From the NCBI GenBank assembly GCA_041737975.1, contig JBGSQR010000500.1, forward strand, positions 1 to 31,285: a stretch of 31,285 nucleotides of DNA, in the 5' to 3' direction. The notes below the pieces were generated by a model. That model was not told where the DNA came from. It was given only the letters and a program-made list of their open reading frames with translations, and made no database searches. Of this stretch, positions 25,512 through 31,285 are shown piece after piece (the stretch's first letter is position 1; each line of letters begins with the position of its first letter). A program made the position numbers and the translations under genes. Origin of the DNA: Geobacterales bacterium. Its GTDB lineage: Bacteria > Desulfobacterota > Desulfuromonadia > Geobacterales > Pseudopelobacteraceae.

Positions 25512-27143
25512 CTACTTTTTTGCAGCGCCCTCTCTAGCCACTCTCATGGCGTCATTCAGGATCTTGACACCTGCCTTTGAGGCTGTGATGGAACCGGTCA
25601 GACTTTCTCTTGCCAACTCCGGATTATGAAAACCGTCCGAGTTCTCGGCAGTCCAATATTCCCACAGGGCATGGCCTTCTTCATGCTTGAGGCGGGCCTG
25701 TGCCAGTACGGATTCAACTACTCCAAGACGCTGGGCGGCGGCATAGGTATCGATCAACTGACCCAGCCAGTATTCAGCCTTGCGCATCTTGCCCTTGGTG
25801 TAGTTCTGAATGGCATCAATCTGGTAGGACTTCTGCGCTACTGACGACTTTGGATGACAGGTCAGACAGGATTCCTTGACTGTCAGCTTGGGACGTGTAA
25901 CACCGTGGGTTGAAAACATCTTGCCGTTTTTGCCCTTCTGTTGCGGCATGTGGCACTGGTGACACTGGACACCAGCCTTGTCGTGAACACTTCCCGCATA
26001 GGTCTCTGCCTCGGGATGCTGGAACTTGATCAGACGTGCGCCGGTAACAGCATGCTTGAAGTCGTAGAAATCGATACTCTGATAGTACTTGAACAACTGC
26101 AGTGAATTCTTGAGCGGAAACAGATTGGTGCGGCGGTCATCAAACTTGACCGGTTTGCCGTCACTCTGTTGTGTTCCTGGATTACAATTGTATTCCACAT
26201 GGCATTGGGCACACATCATACGTGAATCGGTCTTCTCCATTACGCCGATCTTGCGGAATCCGTCACGGAAGGAAACGACCTTCAGATCGGTTTTGCCGCT
26301 CTTGGCAAAAATATTGCCGGACGGATCTTTGGAAATGGCGTCAATCAAAGCATCACGGACAACACGCGGCTGTGTGCCGTGCGGATCATGACAATGAATA
26401 CAGCCAACCGCATTATTGGTTGCCTTGGCAACATCAACAACATTGGAACCACGATCAAACTTGGCCTTGGGATCTTTATCACCCATGTACTTCATATTCA
26501 GGATATGATCGGAAGTTTTGCACTGGATACAGGTTGCATTACCGGCCATGGCGGTCTGCTGCATTTTTTTGCCAGTATCAACCAGCACATCCCAGGTTTT
26601 ACCGTTTTTATCGATACCATTCCAGCCATCCTTAAACTGGAAGCGGCCACCCTGAAAACGATCAACCACGAACTGATCTGTCACCATGTAGGCATGGCCG
26701 CGAGGCTCGGCATGTTCAAATGTAAAACCATGACCATCCAGCAGCTTGTCCTGCATTGGTGACCGGCCAGTCGGCATCCCTTTGTCTTTACGGGCAGCGG
26801 CATCATAATGGATCTTATAGAAGCTGTCATACTGGTCCTTGTGACACTTACCGCAAAGCGCCTGATCGATAATAGTAACCGGCTTGTACTTTTCCGGGTC
26901 GTTCATGTGGTCAACTGTTTTGTCATGACAGACCTTGCAGGAAATTGAGGCATGCTTCGACCCCTCCTTCATGGCCTTGACCTCGTCGTGACAGGAATAA
27001 CATTGCGCCCGTCCGTCATCGACCTTCTTGGCAGCCGTCTTTGTTGCCGGTTTGGCTTTGGCAGCCGTGGTCATGGCGGGAATTGACAGCACAGCCACCG
27101 CACCAGCCATTGCTGCAACCAGAGCCAGTTTTTTCTTCAGCAT
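25512..27143 (-). CDS. Octaheme cytochrome c nitrite reductase (ONR, TvNiR-type)
   Basis: Signal peptide; heme motifs CYSCH, CKVCH, CGKCH, CIQCK (catalytic), CIHCH, CAQCH, CHQCH, CLTCH; VEYNC and QHPE active-site motifs. Confidence 0.9.
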   Translation of the reverse strand: MLKKKLALVAAMAGAVAVLSIPAMTTAAKAKPATKTAAKKVDDGRAQCYSCHDEVKAMKEGSKHASISCKVCHDKTVDHMNDPEKYKPVTIIDQALCGKCHKDQYDSFYKIHYDAAARKDKGMPTGRSPMQDKLLDGHGFTFEHAEPRGHAYMVTDQFVVDRFQGGRFQFKDGWNGIDKNGKTWDVLVDTGKKMQQTAMAGNATCIQCKTSDHILNMKYMGDKDPKAKFDRGSNVVDVAKATNNAVGCIHCHDPHGTQPRVVRDALIDAISKDPSGNIFAKSGKTDLKVVSFRDGFRKIGVMEKTDSRMMCAQCHVEYNCNPGTQQSDGKPVKFDDRRTNLFPLKNSLQLFKYYQSIDFYDFKHAVTGARLIKFQHPEAETYAGSVHDKAGVQCHQCHMPQQKGKNGKMFSTHGVTRPKLTVKESCLTCHPKSSVAQKSYQIDAIQNYTKGKMRKAEYWLGQLIDTYAAAQRLGVVESVLAQARLKHEEGHALWEYWTAENSDGFHNPELARESLTGSITASKAGVKILNDAMRVAREGAAKK

Positions 27144-27167
27144 AATTTTTCTCCTTTCATGATTAAA

Positions 27168-27539
27168 TTACTTCCCCGAATCAATTTTTGGTCGCACCCG
27201 CAGCCTGACCGCCTTTGGTGACACCGGGCAGATATACTCGCAGGTACCGCAACCGTTACACATCTTTTCATCAATTCTGATTCCTTCGCCCATAACCACC
27301 AGAATTGCCTGGGCTTCGCACTGCTCAACGCAACTGAAACAACCGGAGTTTTTGGCCAGGCAGTGCTGATTATCGGCAACAGCCACCATATCCTCATCCG
27401 GTGCCGGGACAAAATTCTCATCCAATTGCTGCGAAGGCTCGTTAACAGACTGGTTAGTAAGCACATCCTTGGCCGACAGAATGGCTTCACCGAGTGAAAA
27501 GAGGCTTTTCCTGAAAAAATCTTTGCGGCTTATTTCCAT
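27168..27539 (-). CDS. NapF/NapG-like 4Fe-4S ferredoxin
   Basis: SRKDFFRKSL N-terminus; CLAKNSGCFSCVEQC and CNGCGTCEYICP. Confidence 0.8.
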   Translation of the reverse strand: MEISRKDFFRKSLFSLGEAILSAKDVLTNQSVNEPSQQLDENFVPAPDEDMVAVADNQHCLAKNSGCFSCVEQCEAQAILVVMGEGIRIDEKMCNGCGTCEYICPVSPKAVRLRVRPKIDSGK

Positions 27540-27553
27540 AATTATCTCTTGTT

Positions 27554-27832
27554 CTATTTTTTTATTTCACCCTGAACATGACACTGCACACAATCCAGCC
27601 GTTGCGGGTGGGAAGTTTCCGGAGCTTTGTTCAAACCTTTTTCGTGACAGGCCAGACAACTTTTGCCCGTGTCGCCTTCTTTCATCCTGTGCGGTACGGT
27701 TGGCGGATCACCGCCGGTCTTGGCGGCATCGGCAGCATAGTTGACAGGCGTTTCATCCGCGTTTGCCAGTAAAGGTAAGACTAAAGCCGCAGACAAACAT
27801 AAAACGGTCAGTAATCGGATAATACTTCTCAT
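27554..27832 (-). CDS. napB: Very small diheme c cytochrome, NapB-like
   Basis: Signal peptide; PPTVPH, CLACH, SHP, CVQCH layout; directly after napA. Confidence 0.8.
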   Translation of the reverse strand: MRSIIRLLTVLCLSAALVLPLLANADETPVNYAADAAKTGGDPPTVPHRMKEGDTGKSCLACHEKGLNKAPETSHPQRLDCVQCHVQGEIKK

Positions 27833-27881
27833 CTATATAACCTCCGGAATCAATTTTTAGGTCAAAAAAACCATTGGAGCA

Positions 27882-30212
27882 CTAAACTTTCTGAATTTTA
27901 ATAGCGCACTTTTTAAAGTCAGGCTCTTTGGAAATCGGGCAAAATGCATCAATACACAACTCATTGATCATCTTGGTTTCATCAAAGAAAGCCACAAAAG
28001 TACTGCCCTTTTCCGGCTTGCCCCGACCATTCAGTTCAGCTGTCATGACAATTGAACCTCGACGCGAACTGACCCTGACCTGGTCCCGACTCTTGATGCC
28101 AAGTTTTTTGGCATCTTCCGGATGAATCTCGATAACCGCCTCAGGCATGGCCCGCTTCAACTCCGGCACTCGGCCGGTCATGGTAGCGGTATGCCAATGC
28201 TCCAGCAGACGTCCGGTACAAAGCCAGAGGGGGTATTCCATGTCCGGAGATTCAGCTGGCGGCTCATAGGGTCGGAACCAGATACTGGCCTTTTTGTTGG
28301 GCGCTTTATAAAATTCAACACCGACGCCTTTGGTTACTTTTGGATCATGCCCCTCGGCGTAACGCCAGCGTGTTTCCTTGCCGTTGATGACCGGCCAGCG
28401 CAGACCGCGCACCTTGTAATAGGTTTCATAGGGCGCCAGGTCCTTACCGGTGCCGATGGTAAACTGGCGGTATTCTTCAAACATCTCTTTATCAAAGTGT
28501 TTGTATGGGAATAGACCACCGTGACCGAGACGCTTGGCCAGTTCTATCAACTGCCAGGTGTCATTTTTAGCCTGCCCCGGCGGCTCAACCATCTTGAACC
28601 AGTGCTGGGTGCGGCGCTCCGTATTTCCGAAAACCCCTTCCTTCTCTACCCAGCTTGCAGAAGGCAGAATCACATCAGCCATTTCCGTACTTCGCGTCGG
28701 ATAAATATCAGACACAACAATAAAGGCATCATTTTTTTTCGCGTAAGTACCTGGCTTGTCGCCCGCTTTGCGGTAGCGATTCAGATTCGGCAGGGACTGA
28801 TAGGGGTTAGTGCATTGAATCCAGATACATTTGATATCACCACGGTCAACGGCCCGAAACATTTCAGTGGCATGGGGACCGGGCTTAGGGGAAATCCGTC
28901 CAGCCGGAATACCCCAGATTTTTTCCGTAATTTCCCTGTGTTTAGGATTCATAACCACCATATCGGCAGGCAGGCGATGCCCAAAGGTGCCAACTTCGCG
29001 GGCCGTACCACAGGCCGAAGGCTGGCCGGTCAGCGACAGCGGATTTTCACCCGGTCGACCGATTTTGCCGGTCAGCAAGTGCAGGTTGTAAAGCAGGTTA
29101 TTAACCCAGGTGCCGCGTACATGCTGATTGACACCCATGGTCCAGAGCGAGTTGATCTTGCGTGTTTTATCGCCATAGATATGGGCCAGTTCAACCAGTT
29201 TTTTAGCCGGAATGCCGCAGATTTTTTCAGCCCACTCAGGCGTTAACGGTTTCATCAACTCTTTGTATTGCTCGAATGTCAGCGGCTTGGCAACATCATC
29301 AAAGGATTCTTTATCCTTCAACCCGTACGGCGCATTCTCGGTCCCGCGCTTAAAGACCGTATTCTTGTCAATAAAGGCCTGGTCATAGAGTTTATCTCGC
29401 AGAATCACATGAATAATGGCATTTATCGCAGCCAGATCTCCATGCGGCTTGAACGGGATATACTCATCGGCCTGCTGGGATGTGCGCGTCCAGCGAGTGC
29501 CCAGATCAATGATTTTGACATTGGGGTGTTTCAGCCGGTTATCAATCATACGGGAATAGAGAACCGGATGGGCCTCTGCCATATTGGCGCCCCACAAAAT
29601 ATAGGTATCACCCAGATCCAGGTCGTCATAACACCCCATGGGCTCATCAGAACCAAACGTATTCATGAAAGCGCCCACGGCTGAAGCCATGCAGAGACGG
29701 GCATTCGGATCCACGTTGTTGGTGCCGATACCGCCCTTGAACAGCTTGACAGCCGTATAACCTTCCAGAACAGTCCACTGGCCGGAACCATACATGGCAA
29801 CGGAATTCGGACCATTTTTGGCAATGGAATCCTTGAATTTGGAAGCGATCAGGTCAAGCGCCTCATCCCAGGAAGCGGGCACCATTTTGCCGTTTTTACG
29901 AATCAGCGGAGTTGTCAGACGATCCTTGCCATACAATGCCTTGGAAAGAAAATAACCCTTGACGCAGTTGAGCCCCCGGTTAACCGGACCGGCAGGGTCA
30001 CCCTTGGTAGCAACAATTTTGCCCCCTTTGACACCGACCAGCACACTACATCCAACTCCGCAGTAACGACAGGGAGCCTTATCCCACTTGATCCCATCAT
30101 CAGCCGCCTCGGCAATACCGGCTTTAAGTGGATTTAAAGCCGATGCACCGACAGCTGCAAATGCTGTTGCTGCTGCACTGGCCTTGAGAAAATCACGTCT
30201 TGTCACTCCCAT
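27882..30212 (-). CDS. napA: Periplasmic nitrate reductase catalytic subunit
   Basis: Tat signal TRRDFLK; CRYCGVGC...NCVKG; PNARLCMASA; GQPSACGTAREVG; KEPDFKKCA. Confidence 0.96.
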   Translation of the reverse strand: MGVTRRDFLKASAAATAFAAVGASALNPLKAGIAEAADDGIKWDKAPCRYCGVGCSVLVGVKGGKIVATKGDPAGPVNRGLNCVKGYFLSKALYGKDRLTTPLIRKNGKMVPASWDEALDLIASKFKDSIAKNGPNSVAMYGSGQWTVLEGYTAVKLFKGGIGTNNVDPNARLCMASAVGAFMNTFGSDEPMGCYDDLDLGDTYILWGANMAEAHPVLYSRMIDNRLKHPNVKIIDLGTRWTRTSQQADEYIPFKPHGDLAAINAIIHVILRDKLYDQAFIDKNTVFKRGTENAPYGLKDKESFDDVAKPLTFEQYKELMKPLTPEWAEKICGIPAKKLVELAHIYGDKTRKINSLWTMGVNQHVRGTWVNNLLYNLHLLTGKIGRPGENPLSLTGQPSACGTAREVGTFGHRLPADMVVMNPKHREITEKIWGIPAGRISPKPGPHATEMFRAVDRGDIKCIWIQCTNPYQSLPNLNRYRKAGDKPGTYAKKNDAFIVVSDIYPTRSTEMADVILPSASWVEKEGVFGNTERRTQHWFKMVEPPGQAKNDTWQLIELAKRLGHGGLFPYKHFDKEMFEEYRQFTIGTGKDLAPYETYYKVRGLRWPVINGKETRWRYAEGHDPKVTKGVGVEFYKAPNKKASIWFRPYEPPAESPDMEYPLWLCTGRLLEHWHTATMTGRVPELKRAMPEAVIEIHPEDAKKLGIKSRDQVRVSSRRGSIVMTAELNGRGKPEKGSTFVAFFDETKMINELCIDAFCPISKEPDFKKCAIKIQKV

Positions 30213-30289
30213 AAAACTCCTCCCCTAAAGTGGAATAATTCAAAATAAAAACCATGCAAAAATGCCATGGTTTTCGGGCAGCAAAAGCT

Positions 30290-30523
30290 TCATGTATCCT
30301 CAAAATAATGGCAGGCCAATCTAACCGAAACAACGCCTTCGATTTCATGCAACTGTTCCACCAGCGCAACCTCGCCATTTACTGTATCAGCCTCAACAAC
30401 TGCAATGATCTGTGAGTCCGGCAATACGCCATGCACTTCAATGCCGTCAAGCAGAGCGGCCTTTTCTGCAACTTCATCCGCCTTCCCTTCAAGGCAGGAC
30501 AGGACAATTCCGGAAACAGGCAT
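30290..30523 (-). CDS. napD: NapA chaperone
   Basis: MPVSGIVL...GIEVH...IIAVVEAD...IEGVVSVRLACHY; precedes napA. Confidence 0.88.
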   Translation of the reverse strand: MPVSGIVLSCLEGKADEVAEKAALLDGIEVHGVLPDSQIIAVVEADTVNGEVALVEQLHEIEGVVSVRLACHYFEDT

Positions 30524-30614
30524 ATTTCACACTCCTCAAACCATAAGCATAATACTAAAGCAAACTAATACAAGCTAAGTAAATAGGGGAACAAATGAAG
30601 AACTAATTTTAATT

Positions 30615-30630
30615 TGCAACGTTTGGACCA
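30615..30630 (-). promoter_or_regulatory. Sigma54 (-24/-12) promoter of the nap-onr operon
   Basis: Minus strand TGGTCC-AAACG-TTGCA, exact GG-N10-GC spacing, 92 bp before napD. Confidence 0.72.
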
Positions 30631-30758
30631 AAAAATGGGAGGAAAATTGAGTGCCGTAGAAACAGGCACTTAGTGAGGGATTACTATGTAAAATCTGGCT
30701 GACCTGGCAACATCAGTAGCAAAACAGTTACGCAACAACCAATTCAATGTTACCAATT

Positions 30759-31285
30759 CTACACATCTTCAAGCTGTTTCAATTTCTGCCAAAGAGTTTT
30801 TCTGGAAATGTTCAGCAATTTGGCTGCATCAGCCTTATGCCCGCCAGTCTTAGCCAGAGCATCCAGGATTAGCTGTCTTTCAAAATCAACTACGGAATCT
30901 GACAGCGGTCGATGATTTTCCCCATAATGCCCATTACTCTCCGGGACAAAGGATTGATCTGTCCGCGCCGCCAGAAAGCAGTCCGGCAAATCCTGTGGAT
31001 TCAGAACTGTTCCGGTGCAGAGTACCAAGGCCCGCTCAATAGAGTGTTCCAGCTCACGCACATTGCCCGGATAGTCATAAGAAACAAGAACGCTGATGGC
31101 TGAATCACTAAGCTCCAGCAAGGGGCGCTCCATTTTCTCCGCAAACTTGCGAATAAAAAATTCCGTCAACGGCAGGATATCATCTCGCCTGTCCCTGAGA
31201 GACGGGACATTGATGGCGATCACATTCAGGCGATAATAAAGGTCTTCCCGAAACTGCCCGCTAGCCACCAGGCTATGAAGATTCT
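30759..31285 (-). CDS. Sigma54-dependent transcriptional activator (NtrC/Fis family), 5'-truncated by the window edge
   Basis: NLHSLVASGQFREDLYYRLNV, YDYPGNVRELEH, C-terminal AAKLLNISRKTLWQKL HTH. Confidence 0.93.
   Translation of the reverse strand, partial: NLHSLVASGQFREDLYYRLNVIAINVPSLRDRRDDILPLTEFFIRKFAEKMERPLLELSDSAISVLVSYDYPGNVRELEHSIERALVLCTGTVLNPQDLPDCFLAARTDQSFVPESNGHYGENHRPLSDSVVDFERQLILDALAKTGGHKADAAKLLNISRKTLWQKLKQLEDV

Noticed and set aside
1-31285. tRNA, rRNA, IS transposase or prophage genes
   Set aside because: None recognised by eye; tRNAscan-SE, Infernal and ISEScan were not run.

Overview
Bacterial chromosomal window, most consistent with a Geobacteraceae/Desulfuromonadia-type anaerobe (inferred from gene content only). 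Left to right: (1) a partial AraC regulator divergent from an ABM monooxygenase, two DJ-1/PfpI proteins and a secreted Ig-like-repeat protein; (2) a ~6.4 kb integron cassette array on the minus strand (six intact attC sites, three damaged ones, a candidate attI with 20-bp-periodic direct repeats and a candidate Pc promoter) with no intI integrase beside it or anywhere in the window; (3) an arsenic island: arrA-arrB-arrD-ferredoxin divergent from arsR-DGC-ArsP-like permease-Trx-Trx-CcdA-rhodanese, then arsR-acr3, with one operator motif shared by arrA, the second arsR and acr3; (4) an uncharacterised four-gene envelope operon (two CsgG-fold proteins, an outer-membrane barrel, a FlgT-like protein) interrupted by a 120-bp palindromic element; (5) a sigma54-driven napD-napA-mini napB-ferredoxin-octaheme nitrite reductase operon and its partial sigma54 activator. 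All calls come from reading the sequence and recalled family motifs; no database searches were run.
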